Of a stretch of 32,000 nt of DNA, positions 9,912 through 18,687 are shown one piece after another (positions within the stretch are counted from its first letter, which is position 1; each line of letters opens with the position of its first letter). The notes beneath the pieces are model-generated. The model saw only the letters and a program-made list of their open reading frames with translations, had not been told where the DNA came from and ran no database searches. This DNA comes from Pyrodictium abyssi. Its GTDB lineage: Archaea > Thermoproteota > Thermoprotei_A > Sulfolobales > Pyrodictiaceae. The stretch covers positions 2,010,001-2,042,000 of the forward strand of contig NZ_AP028907.1 of the NCBI RefSeq assembly GCF_036323395.1. Direction: 5' to 3'. The position numbers and the translations under genes are program-made.

Positions 9912-9994
9912 ACACGCGCCTGTAGGCCCAGGCACCACGCAGGCCTAGGCGAGGCCGTAGATACGGCGCCAGGTAGACGGGTGCACGCGGGGCC

Positions 9995-11428
9995 ATGTTC
10001 ACGATAGTTACTAGGAGTAAACGCGACGCGGACGCTGTAAAGGCTATGGTAGAGCGCTTCTACCCAGGCTGGGGTATAGACGTCAAGACGCTTCATGGCG
10101 CGCGTAGCAGCGAAGCCATGCTGCGCGAGCTATCCGGCATAGTCGAGCCAGACAGGTTTTACATAGTACTGCTTGGCAGGGAGGACCAGCGTGCTGCAAG
10201 AGAGCTTGCAGGGGAGGTACCGCCTAACGTCGTGGTCCACGTTGTGCCACGGAGCCGGGTAAGGAACGCCCGGCTCGAGCTGCTCTACGCGGAGGTTGCC
10301 CGCGCCCGCTCAGTGATAAGGGTGGCGGCGTCGTGGGACCCTGGACGGAGGGTATTCCTACTAGGTCCCCGTAGGCAGGGCGAGCCGCTAGAAGGATTAG
10401 AGCCGCAGCCGAGCTTTGACAACTTCATCGGCCTGGGCAGGTTCGCGAAGATAGTGGCAAGGCTCGCTGGGGGCAGGATAGGCCTTAACCCGCTGGTAGT
10501 CCGTACCCGTGGGGGCCTACACCTAGTCTACAATGGGCCCCAGCCGCGGGCAGAGCTGGAAGTCAAAGACGAGGGTCTCTCGCCTAGGGCGCGTATAACT
10601 GGGGACTATGAGCCGGTTGACGTGAGCCTTGAAGCTATGGTTGAGGCAAACCGGGGTATACTGCAGCTCTACGAGCGGGCCTCCCTAAGGTTCCTCGAAA
10701 GCCTAGGCGACTTCGACACAGTGATGGTTCCCTGGAGTGGGGGCAAGGACAGTACAGCGATACTCTTACTCGCACTAACACTCTACGGCCGTGATAAGGT
10801 GCGCGTAGTCTACGGCGACACGGGGACCGAGTTCCCCATCTCAAGGCAGTACGTCGAGGAGCTAGCAGAGAAGCTAGGCATAGACTACGTAGAGGCTTAT
10901 GGTGGCGTCGACAAGATGTTGCTGGAGGGCGTGGCGCCGATGCCGACGCACAGTAACCGATGGTGCACAGGGCTCAAGGTATCGGCTATAGAAGGGGCCG
11001 TGAAGAAGCTAGCTGAGGGCCGGACGCTACTACTTGTCGGAGACCGTGACGCCGAGTCGCCGCGTAGGAGTGCACGGCCGCCAGTCAGGCCGGGACCAGC
11101 AGAGAACATAGTCATGGCAGCACCCATAAAGCTCTGGGGAGGGGCGCATGTACAGCTCTACGTCCTCTCGAAGGGTGTGCCGCTGAACCCTATGTACGAG
11201 TACGGCTTCTACCGGATAGGCTGCTACATGTGCCCAGCGCTGCGTAACTGGGAGCTACACGTGCTTACCACGACTCCTAAACTGCACCTGCAGCTGCTGC
11301 GTAGCCCCATCTACAGGCGCTTCGTCATGATGAGGCTGCGCGGCAAGACGAAGGCGGCGGACTTCGAGCCAGAAGAGGAGGCGGCCTGCAGCTTCTCCTC
11401 GAGCGTGGTAACAGACTGCGGCTACTAA
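9995..11428 (+). CDS. PAPS reductase-like PP-loop protein with ~200 aa N-terminal extension
   Basis: 477 aa; VMVPWSGGKDSTAILLLAL, THSNRWCTGLKVSAIE, IGCYMCPALRNWEL (CxxC), as in the CysH-like PP-loop superfamily. Confidence 0.85.
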   Translation: MFTIVTRSKRDADAVKAMVERFYPGWGIDVKTLHGARSSEAMLRELSGIVEPDRFYIVLLGREDQRAARELAGEVPPNVVVHVVPRSRVRNARLELLYAEVARARSVIRVAASWDPGRRVFLLGPRRQGEPLEGLEPQPSFDNFIGLGRFAKIVARLAGGRIGLNPLVVRTRGGLHLVYNGPQPRAELEVKDEGLSPRARITGDYEPVDVSLEAMVEANRGILQLYERASLRFLESLGDFDTVMVPWSGGKDSTAILLLALTLYGRDKVRVVYGDTGTEFPISRQYVEELAEKLGIDYVEAYGGVDKMLLEGVAPMPTHSNRWCTGLKVSAIEGAVKKLAEGRTLLLVGDRDAESPRRSARPPVRPGPAENIVMAAPIKLWGGAHVQLYVLSKGVPLNPMYEYGFYRIGCYMCPALRNWELHVLTTTPKLHLQLLRSPIYRRFVMMRLRGKTKAADFEPEEEAACSFSSSVVTDCGY

Positions 11429-11557
11429 GCCCGGGCTAGCGGCGTCAGAGCATAAGGCATACAAGAAGGGCTCAGAAAGACACCGGGGCTCCTAGGGGTC
11501 CTGGGGCTGCTGTGCTGACAACCCCTGTTGCCCGCTGCCCCGGAGAAGGGGCTGCAG

Positions 11558-11579
11558 AGCCCCCGAGGGGCGGGGGGCT
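11558..11579. repeat. GC-rich inverted repeat AGCCCCC-gaggggcg-GGGGGCT
   Basis: 7-bp perfect arms at 11558-11564 and 11573-11579. Confidence 0.5.
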
Positions 11580-11628
11580 ATGAGGACTTCAGCGGCGACT
11601 GAGCAGCCCTCCGCGCTGCTGATAGCCC
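11575..11628 (+). ncRNA. Weak candidate box C/D-like sRNA
   Basis: ATGAGGA (11580-11586), 12-nt spacer, CTGA (11599-11602), 16 nt, CTGA (11619-11622), flanked by GGGCTA/TAGCCC complementary ends. The C box deviates from RTGATGA and no clear C' box is present. Confidence 0.25.
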
Positions 11629-11651
11629 GTGGTGTGTGGTGAAGCACCTGG

Positions 11652-13886
11652 ATGCGTGTAGAGGAGCTAGCTCTACCGGTTGAGGCTAAGCGTGTACTCC
11701 TGGAGCACGGCTATAGTGAGCTATTTCCGCCTCAGAGGGAGGCTGTGCGAGCCGGCCTTCTCGAGGGCAGGAGCATAGTAGTGGCGTCGCCGACTGGCTC
11801 CGGTAAGAGCCTCATAGCGCTTCTCGCGGCTCTACGCGTACTCGGCGAGCCGGGCGAGGGATGCCGCGTAGTCTATGCTGCTCCGCTCCGTAGCCTTGTC
11901 TACGAGAGGGCCGGGGAGTGGCGCAGTATCCTTGAGAAGCTCGGCAGACGGGTCGCGGTATCAACGGGTGATTACGACCGTGTCGAGCCCTGGCTCGGCG
12001 AGGCAGACGCGGTGATGGTCACCTATGAGAAGCTCGACTCGCTGCTACGCCATGGAGCTGGCTTGCTGGCAGAGGTCTGCGTGTTCATTGTAGACGAGAT
12101 ACACTATGTGGGGGACGCGCGCCGCGGCCCCGTCCTCGAGACGGTGATAGCTCGGCTAATGGCTATGAACGATGGTATGCAGGTTGTGGCGCTGAGCGCC
12201 ACGATAAGCAACGCCGGAGAGATAGCAGCGTGGCTAGGCGCTAGGCTCGTCGAGAGCAGCTGGCGCCCTGTAAGGCTCCGCGAGGGAGTCTTCAACAACT
12301 ACGTTGTAGAGTGGAGTGATGGAGAGGAAACACGTGTAGAGAAGCGGACCCGTAACCCCACTCTGGATGCAGCCCTTGACGCTGTAGCCGGTGGAGGGCA
12401 GGCCCTGATATTCGTTAATTCTAGGAGGAAGGCTGTGGAGCTTGCAGAGAAGCTAGCAGCCGCGGCGGCTAGCAATGGAGAGGTGCGCCGCCTCTTAGAC
12501 CCTGGCGGCGCTGCCGAACCCTATGTGGAGGAGCTGCGTGGGCGCCATGAGCACCGGGAGCTTAACGAGAAGCTAGCCCGGCTGCTCGGCATGGGGGTAG
12601 GCTTTCATCACGCCGGGCTCGCGAGCTACCAGAGAGACGTGGTGGAGAAGGCTTTCCGTGCCCGTGTGCTGCGCGTGCTTGTGGCCACACCCACGCTAGC
12701 TGCGGGGGTCAACCTTCCTGCTAGACGCGTGGTGGTGGATACCCTCTACCGTTTCCGGTCTGGCAGGGGCTCTGAGCCGATCAAGGTGTCTGAGTACAAG
12801 CAGCTCGCGGGGCGTGCTGGGCGGCCGGGCCTCGACCCGGTGGGCGAGGCGGTCATAATAGCTAGGACGTGGGAGCAAGCATGGGAGGCGCTCGTAGGCT
12901 ACGTCAAAGGCGAGCCAGAGCCGATAGTCTCTAAGCTTGTCTCCGAGGCGGCTCTGAGGAGCCAAGTACTCGCAGTAGTCTCGAGTCTCGGCGTGGCCAC
13001 GGTATCAGAGGTAGCCAGTGTATTCGAGCGGACGCTCTACGCGGTTCAGGTGGGCCCGCCTTTCGAGGAAGTGGACAGGATAACCTGGGTGCTGGACGAG
13101 TACGGGTTTGTCAGCCGTGTCGGCGACGTGGTGGAGGCTACTGAGACTGGGCGGCGCGTAGCAGAGCTCTACATAGACCCGCTCACCGGGTACCGTATGC
13201 TACGAGGCCTAGAAGCGCTCCGAGCCGAGAGGCCGCCTATCGAGAGGCTCCTCTTCCTATCGCTCTGGAGCCCTGACGCGACCCGGATACGGCCGCCCCG
13301 CGGGCTGCACCTGGCCCTCGAAATGGAGGCTGAGCAGCTACTAGAAGATCTAGGCTTTAAGCCGTACGAGGAGGTCGGCGAGGCCGATATCGCTGTAGCG
13401 GCCGAGGCCCTCTACACGGCCGACATGCTGCTAGACTGGGTCATGGAGAAGCCGGAGGACGCTATACTGGCCAAGTATGGAATCGATCCTGGCGACCTCC
13501 GCGCCGTTGTAGAGACCACTAATTGGCTGGTATACTCCATGGCACAGCTGGCCCGGATTACAGGGCACCCGGCGGCAACGTATCTAGACAAGCTCACAGT
13601 AATGGTCAAGCATGGGGTCCAGGAGGAGCTAGTAGAGCTGGTAAAGCTCCCGGGTATAGGCAGGGTTCGTGCACGCCGCCTCTACGAGGCGGGATACCGA
13701 AACCCTGGCGACTTGGCGGGCCTCAGCCCTGAGCAGCTCGCGAGCCTTCTCCGCGGCCTAGGCGAGGAACGTGCACGCCAGGCACTCGTTGAGGCTCAAC
13801 GCACGGCTACGAAGCGGGAGACCGCTAGCCAGGCGGGGGCTCAGCGCAAGAGGCAGAGGAGTATCCTCGACTACCTCGGTGGCTAG
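11652..13886 (+). CDS. Ski2-like superfamily 2 DNA helicase, Hel308 family
   Basis: 744 aa; Walker A SPTGSGKS, DEIH box, SATI, FHHAGL, TPTLAAGVNLPARRV, QLAGRAGRPG; C-terminal GIGRVRARRLYEAGY helix-hairpin-helix and a SILDYLGG tail. Confidence 0.93.
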   Translation: MRVEELALPVEAKRVLLEHGYSELFPPQREAVRAGLLEGRSIVVASPTGSGKSLIALLAALRVLGEPGEGCRVVYAAPLRSLVYERAGEWRSILEKLGRRVAVSTGDYDRVEPWLGEADAVMVTYEKLDSLLRHGAGLLAEVCVFIVDEIHYVGDARRGPVLETVIARLMAMNDGMQVVALSATISNAGEIAAWLGARLVESSWRPVRLREGVFNNYVVEWSDGEETRVEKRTRNPTLDAALDAVAGGGQALIFVNSRRKAVELAEKLAAAAASNGEVRRLLDPGGAAEPYVEELRGRHEHRELNEKLARLLGMGVGFHHAGLASYQRDVVEKAFRARVLRVLVATPTLAAGVNLPARRVVVDTLYRFRSGRGSEPIKVSEYKQLAGRAGRPGLDPVGEAVIIARTWEQAWEALVGYVKGEPEPIVSKLVSEAALRSQVLAVVSSLGVATVSEVASVFERTLYAVQVGPPFEEVDRITWVLDEYGFVSRVGDVVEATETGRRVAELYIDPLTGYRMLRGLEALRAERPPIERLLFLSLWSPDATRIRPPRGLHLALEMEAEQLLEDLGFKPYEEVGEADIAVAAEALYTADMLLDWVMEKPEDAILAKYGIDPGDLRAVVETTNWLVYSMAQLARITGHPAATYLDKLTVMVKHGVQEELVELVKLPGIGRVRARRLYEAGYRNPGDLAGLSPEQLASLLRGLGEERARQALVEAQRTATKRETASQAGAQRKRQRSILDYLGG

Positions 13887-13922
13887 CGCTGCGTGTGGCT
13901 GTGAGGAGACCGCCAGTGTCTG

Positions 13923-13949
13923 AGCCCCTCGGAGGGGCGGCGAGGGGCT
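13923..13949. repeat. GC-rich inverted repeat AGCCCCTCG-gaggggcgg-CGAGGGGCT
   Basis: 9-bp perfect arms at 13923-13931 and 13941-13949, between the helicase stop and the TIP49-like start. Confidence 0.55.
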
Positions 13950-14058
13950 GTGACGTGTGCTTCGCTGCCCGAGCCAGCCCTACGCCTACCGGGCGATGTG
14001 TTGCCGAAGCCAGCCGGAGGGAAAGACTTTTGTAGAAGCGGGTCTGAAGCAGCCCTCA

Positions 14059-15426
14059 ATGGGCGACGTTGACATGGCGGCAATAAAGGAGGTAAAGCCG
14101 GTAAAAGAGCTCAGGAGAGTAGGCGCTCACAGCCACATTAGAGGGCTGGGGCTCGACGAGAAAGGACGTGCGAAATTCATAGCAGATGGAATGGTCGGCC
14201 AGACCGAGGCCCGTGAAGCAGCCGGTATTGTAGTACAGATGATACGCGAGGGCAAAATGGCGGGCCGTGGTGTGCTGATAGTAGGTCCAAGCGGGACCGG
14301 CAAGACAGCCATAGCAGTCGGTATAGCCAAGGAGCTGGGCGAAGACACACCATTCGTAGCTATGAGCGGCTCAGAGATATATAGTAGCGAGCTTAAGAAG
14401 ACTGAGGTGCTGATGCAGGTTCTACGCAAGTCCATAGGCGTGAGGTTCCGCGAGCGCCGCACAGTATACGAGGGCGCTGTAGCACAGCTCCGCATAGCCT
14501 ACGTGAAGCACCCGTTCAACCCGTACGTCAAGGTGCCTAGGGAAGCCGAGATAGTCCTAGAGACCACCGATGATAGCCTAAAACTCCGCGTCGGAGAGGA
14601 GATAGCCGTCCAGCTGCTCCAGCTACGCGTACGCCGCGGCGACGTGATATGGATAGATGCCGAGACGGGAGAAGTGCACAAGGTAGGCAGACTGTGCAGC
14701 GAGAAGCGCTACGATATATCAGCCTACAAGTGTGTGGAGAAGCCCAGCGGCCCCGTGAAGAAAGACAAAGAGATAGTACACATGCTCACACTACACGACC
14801 TCGACGTGGCCTATGCAGCGCAGCGTGTAGCCGTAGCGAGCTTTCTCGGTATGCCCCTAACCCGGGAGATACCCAGCGACGTGCGGCAGCGCGTCGACGA
14901 AGAGGTAAAGAAGCTGATAAACGAGGGCCGTGCCGAGCTAGTACCCGGCGTGCTATTCATAGACGACGCTCATATGCTCGACATAGAGGCCTTCAGCTTC
15001 CTAACACGGGCCATGGAGAGCGAGCTGGCCCCGATACTAGTGCTCGCAACCAACCGCGGCATGACCAAGATAAGGGGCACCGACATAGAGGCTCCGCACG
15101 GTATACCGCTAGACCTGCTCGACCGCCTCCTCATAATCCGGACAAGGCCCTACACCGCCGAGGAGATACGGGAGATACTAAAGATACGGGCTGACGAGGA
15201 AGAGATACCGCTCAGCAGCGACGCGCTAGAAGAGCTCACCAAGCTAGGAGTAGAGCGTAGCCTACGCTACGCGGTACAGCTCATGGAGCCAGCCCGCATC
15301 ATAGCAGAGCGCGAGGGTAGAACCAAGGTAACCGTAGAGGACGTGAGAAAGGCGGCAAGCTACTTCGTAGACCTCCGGGAAAGCGTGCAATACATACAGC
15401 AGTACGAGGAGAAGCTGCTAAAGTAG
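14059..15426 (+). CDS. TIP49/RuvB-like AAA+ ATPase
   Basis: The track ORF starts at 13957; ATG 14059 gives [36 protein letters not shown]. Motifs: [60 protein letters not shown]. Confidence 0.92.
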   Translation: MGDVDMAAIKEVKPVKELRRVGAHSHIRGLGLDEKGRAKFIADGMVGQTEAREAAGIVVQMIREGKMAGRGVLIVGPSGTGKTAIAVGIAKELGEDTPFVAMSGSEIYSSELKKTEVLMQVLRKSIGVRFRERRTVYEGAVAQLRIAYVKHPFNPYVKVPREAEIVLETTDDSLKLRVGEEIAVQLLQLRVRRGDVIWIDAETGEVHKVGRLCSEKRYDISAYKCVEKPSGPVKKDKEIVHMLTLHDLDVAYAAQRVAVASFLGMPLTREIPSDVRQRVDEEVKKLINEGRAELVPGVLFIDDAHMLDIEAFSFLTRAMESELAPILVLATNRGMTKIRGTDIEAPHGIPLDLLDRLLIIRTRPYTAEEIREILKIRADEEEIPLSSDALEELTKLGVERSLRYAVQLMEPARIIAEREGRTKVTVEDVRKAASYFVDLRESVQYIQQYEEKLLK

Positions 15427-15570
15427 CAGTGTACCCTGCTGTTCCACACCAGCCCAATCCTGCGTATACATGTTCGAACATTTTGGCCCAGAGCCGCGTA
15501 GCAGTCTTCTCGCCATACAGCCTCGTGCGAACGGGGCTTTCAGCTCTTCTACACCTTTATGTGCTAGCCG

Positions 15571-15620
15571 GAGGGATCGGTAACGACCCTCGCGTCAGCC
15601 CATGGACACGTGGTAGGCTG
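15571..15620 (+). other. Two adjacent potential RNA hairpins in an intergenic region, the first capped by a GTAA (GNRA) tetraloop
   Basis: GAGGG-a-TCG[GTAA]CGA-CCCTC (15571-15591), then CAGC-CCATG[GACA]CGTGG-tag-GCTG (15596-15620). Confidence 0.4.
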
Positions 15621-15757
15621 GGTTGCAGCTCTGCCAGAGAGACGACGGGAAGACTATCTAGGGGGAGTCACCGGGTAGAGTAGCGAGCTAGCACGCGCCA
15701 TGCATGGTGCCTAGCTCTCTCCTGTACCAGCACCCGGTATGGAGGACTGACGCGGAT

Positions 15758-16561
15758 ATGGCATCTGGCTCGGAATACAGCAGGTATGCAAACTACATAA
15801 AGAGCTTCATGCAGGACATAGCAGGACTCCCTACGAGTCAATTCGTACACGTAATCCAGGCTATTCAGGAGAAAGAAACGCTAGACCTCGCTGTGCTATA
15901 CACAGTGGCTGTGTCTAGGCTCTCAAGCCTGTGGCTAATATGGGAGGACTACTGCAGGGAAGGCAGTGCTAAGCCTGTATGCAGCGAGATACGCTCAATG
16001 GTGGAGCGTGCAGGCAGGGACATAGGCGTGGTGACCTTCTTCAACGGGGAGATAAAGAGCCTAATAGTCAGGCTGTTCATGGACCTATCGCCTGGTATAC
16101 TGGTGCCCGGCTGGGTATTCGCCTACTCTACACGGATAGGCCAGCCGCTCGCACGAAAGCTCCGTGAACTAGACGTAGCAGAGCAGGCTGCTCGGCTGCC
16201 TGGCTTCGTAGCCTCGCTCTACACGCTGGATGCGGTGGAGAATGCTTTGCTCGACTACTACTCTTCTAAGGGCTCGGAGTTCGCGTACGCCACGGCAGGA
16301 TACATCTACTGGGAGATAGTAAAGCCGTGTAGCCTACTAGCGGAGGTGTTTGTTGAGGCGTTCGCGGCTTCTACGAGGCTGCCTCAGCTCCGGCAAGAGG
16401 TCTACCAGAAGGTGATGGATAGCCTCCTCAGCGACGACACAGCGCCGCCTAGACTAGACTACAAGAAAGCCATATGGGCTGCGTTGGAAGAGGCACGTGG
16501 AGCACTTATGGAGGAGCTGAAGAGGGAGAGGCTTCTGCGTGGAGACGGCAAAAACCCGTAA
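15758..16561 (+). CDS. Hypothetical alpha-helical protein
   Basis: The track ORF starts at 15704; ATG 15758 (MASGSEYSRYANYIKSF) follows GGAGG. No recognised family. Confidence 0.65.
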   Translation: MASGSEYSRYANYIKSFMQDIAGLPTSQFVHVIQAIQEKETLDLAVLYTVAVSRLSSLWLIWEDYCREGSAKPVCSEIRSMVERAGRDIGVVTFFNGEIKSLIVRLFMDLSPGILVPGWVFAYSTRIGQPLARKLRELDVAEQAARLPGFVASLYTLDAVENALLDYYSSKGSEFAYATAGYIYWEIVKPCSLLAEVFVEAFAASTRLPQLRQEVYQKVMDSLLSDDTAPPRLDYKKAIWAALEEARGALMEELKRERLLRGDGKNP

Positions 16562-16603
16562 CCCGGAGCAGCACCCGGGAAGATAGCGCCCGGCCCTTGC
16601 TCG

Positions 16604-16933
16604 CTAGAAGCCGAAGAGGCTCTCTAGGCCGGCCGCTAGCTGCTCCTCGCTTACCTCCTCCTTCTTCTCCTCAGCCTTCTCCTCTTCCTCTTCCTTCTTC
16701 TCCTCTGCGGCAGCCGGCGCGGCTGCGGCCGGGGCAGCAGCGGCCGCTACCGGCATGGCGGTGGCGGACTTGACTACCTCGTCTATGTTGATGTTCTTGA
16801 GGGCTGCCACGACAGCCTTTACGCGGGCCTCGTCAACCTCTACGCCAGCAGCCTCGAGTATCTTCTTGAGGTTCTCCTCACTTATCTCCTTACCAGCCGC
16901 ATATAGCACGAGACTAGCATAGATGTACTCCAT
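16604..16933 (-). CDS. rpl12: 50S ribosomal protein P1 (archaeal L12 stalk protein)
   Basis: [54 protein letters not shown]... Ala/Glu/Lys-rich hinge ending GLESLFGF; start at 16933 preceded by GGAGG. Confidence 0.97.
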   Translation of the reverse strand: MEYIYASLVLYAAGKEISEENLKKILEAAGVEVDEARVKAVVAALKNINIDEVVKSATAMPVAAAAAPAAAAPAAAEEKKEEEEEKAEEKKEEVSEEQLAAGLESLFGF

Positions 16934-17002
16934 TGCGCGACTCCTCCAGCCCATCCTCTAGGCTTCCTAGCCCAGCCCGCCTCCAGAGCCGGGCGGGTTT
17001 CT

Positions 17003-17968
17003 TTATCTTTCCGCTCCCCCGCCGCTCCTCCAGAGGATGAGAGGCTCTACCTCCGGCTTCTCCCGGCCAGCGAGCGCTATGGGCATACCCTGGGTGTTCA
17101 TAGCGGCGGCGGCGTTGCCCCTAGCGTCTAGCAGTATTATGCCGAGGTTATCGGGCCCGAAGAGCCGGGTATGCCGCGCCACAGCAGCACGCGCAGCCTC
17201 CTCTACGGGGACGCCCTCGGCGAGTAGCTCAACAGCGTATACGCATGGACGGCCCAGGAGTATGGTCTCCCCCACGCCCGTGGCCGAGCAGCCGCCAACC
17301 CTGCGCTCCACGTAGAACCCGGCACCCGGCACCGGGGAGTCGCCCACGCGCCCCGGGTGCTTCAGCGCGAGACCTCCAGTACTAGCCGAGGCAGCTAGCC
17401 GCCCAGAGACCAGCACCACAGCGCCGACGGTGTCGCCGTAGAGCTGGTGGAGCACCCGGGCCCACTCCGGGCCCTCGCCGTCCCGCAGCCTCTCCCTGAG
17501 GGTCCTCCAGCGCTCGAGCGCCCGAGGGCTAGGACCCGGGTGCCTCTCTAGCCCGAGGCGCTGCGCGAGTTCGTCGGCAGCAGGCCCCGCGAGCAGGACA
17601 TGGGGAAGCTTCTCAGCCACGTAGGCGGCTAGGCGGACCGGGTTACGCGGATACGAGACTACAGCAACCCCGCCAGCCTCCAGGGAGTCTGTCATAACGC
17701 CAGCGTCCATCTCCACACGGCCGTCGTACGTTAACACGCTGCCCACACCAGCGTTAAGCACACCACTATCCTCCAGCGCTGCGACCGCCTCGACGAGAGC
17801 CGTGAGCAGCCCCTCCCCGGCGTGTCTGAGGCCGGCAATAGCCCCAGCCCGGACAGCCTGGAGAACCTCGTCAACACTGCTAACGCCGCGCCAGCCACCA
17901 GCCCCGCCATGCACTATAACCGCGGGGTCGCCGAGCCGGACCGGCCCATAGACGGTTACATGAGCCAT
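17003..17968 (-). CDS. Isoaspartyl peptidase/L-asparaginase (Ntn-hydrolase family)
   Basis: 321 aa; IVHGGAGGWRG N-terminus, GDTVGAVVL (expected autocleavage Thr), STGG, GRVGDSPVPGAGFY, CSATGVGE. Confidence 0.92.
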   Translation of the reverse strand: MAHVTVYGPVRLGDPAVIVHGGAGGWRGVSSVDEVLQAVRAGAIAGLRHAGEGLLTALVEAVAALEDSGVLNAGVGSVLTYDGRVEMDAGVMTDSLEAGGVAVVSYPRNPVRLAAYVAEKLPHVLLAGPAADELAQRLGLERHPGPSPRALERWRTLRERLRDGEGPEWARVLHQLYGDTVGAVVLVSGRLAASASTGGLALKHPGRVGDSPVPGAGFYVERRVGGCSATGVGETILLGRPCVYAVELLAEGVPVEEAARAAVARHTRLFGPDNLGIILLDARGNAAAAMNTQGMPIALAGREKPEVEPLILWRSGGGAER

Positions 17969-18687
17969 GGCCGCCTACTCCTCGCCCTCTCCCTCTCCTC
18001 CTCGACCACACGGCGTAGCTCCTTTACAAGCTCCGCTACGCGCTCCTTGGCGTCAAGCCGGTACCAGGGCTCACTCCCAGCGGGCTCTCCACGGAGAGCG
18101 CGGACAAGCCGGACAGCAGCAACACCGACATTATAGGCATCAAGCGTGGCCTGCTCATTCTCCAGCACGTCGCTCCTGCCATGATAATACGCCGAGCCCC
18201 AGGCTGGCACGTGGAACCCCATCATGTTAAGGGTCAGCAGTAGCCACGAGAGCGCGTTAGCAGCGCCAGCCTCCTCGCCAGCAGCTATAACGCCAGCCAC
18301 CTTACCGTCAAACAAGCTCCGCCCCACATGGTATATCATGTTCTCGAGAGCAGTAAGCCGGTCTATGAACGTCTTCAGCTTCCCCGACGCCATAAACCAG
18401 TACACCGGGGTAGCAAACACGACAGCATCAGCCCACAGCACCGCCTCGGCGAGCTCCCGGAACCTATCACCCCGCTCGTGAAGCGGACAAGTCTTCGGGA
18501 AATAGCACTCGTAGAGATTATCAGAATAACACGCCATACAAGGCTCCAAGTGGTAGTCATAGAGGTGGATCAGCCGAGTCTCGGCCCCCTGGTCTTCTGC
18601 CCCACGTAATGCTAGCCATAGCATCTTGAAAGTGTTCCCGTAGCTCCGAGGAGACCCGTTAACCCCAAGGACCTTTACGCTGCCCAT
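17956..18687 (-). CDS. NADPH-dependent FMN reductase / flavodoxin-like iron-sulfur-type flavoprotein
   Basis: 243 aa; LGVNGSPRSYGNT, CMACYSDNLYECYFPKTCP, WADAVVFATPVYWFMASGKLKTFIDRL. Overlaps the asparaginase start by 13 nt. Confidence 0.85.
   Translation of the reverse strand: MGSVKVLGVNGSPRSYGNTFKMLWLALRGAEDQGAETRLIHLYDYHLEPCMACYSDNLYECYFPKTCPLHERGDRFRELAEAVLWADAVVFATPVYWFMASGKLKTFIDRLTALENMIYHVGRSLFDGKVAGVIAAGEEAGAANALSWLLLTLNMMGFHVPAWGSAYYHGRSDVLENEQATLDAYNVGVAAVRLVRALRGEPAGSEPWYRLDAKERVAELVKELRRVVEEERERARSRRPWLM

Noticed and set aside
9723-10007. 94-aa ORF in the gap between the PP-loop genes
   Set aside because: Composition not protein-like, overlaps the likely promoter region and the next gene start; inverted repeats explain the region better.
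14649-15194. 181-aa plus-strand ORF inside the TIP49-like gene
   Set aside because: Out-of-frame with a clear AAA+ coding sequence; low-complexity Arg-rich composition is typical of shadow ORFs in GC-rich DNA.
15472-15479. GTTCGAAC, tRNA T-loop-like word
   Set aside because: The flanking bases do not form the T-stem and no acceptor, D or anticodon arms are present.
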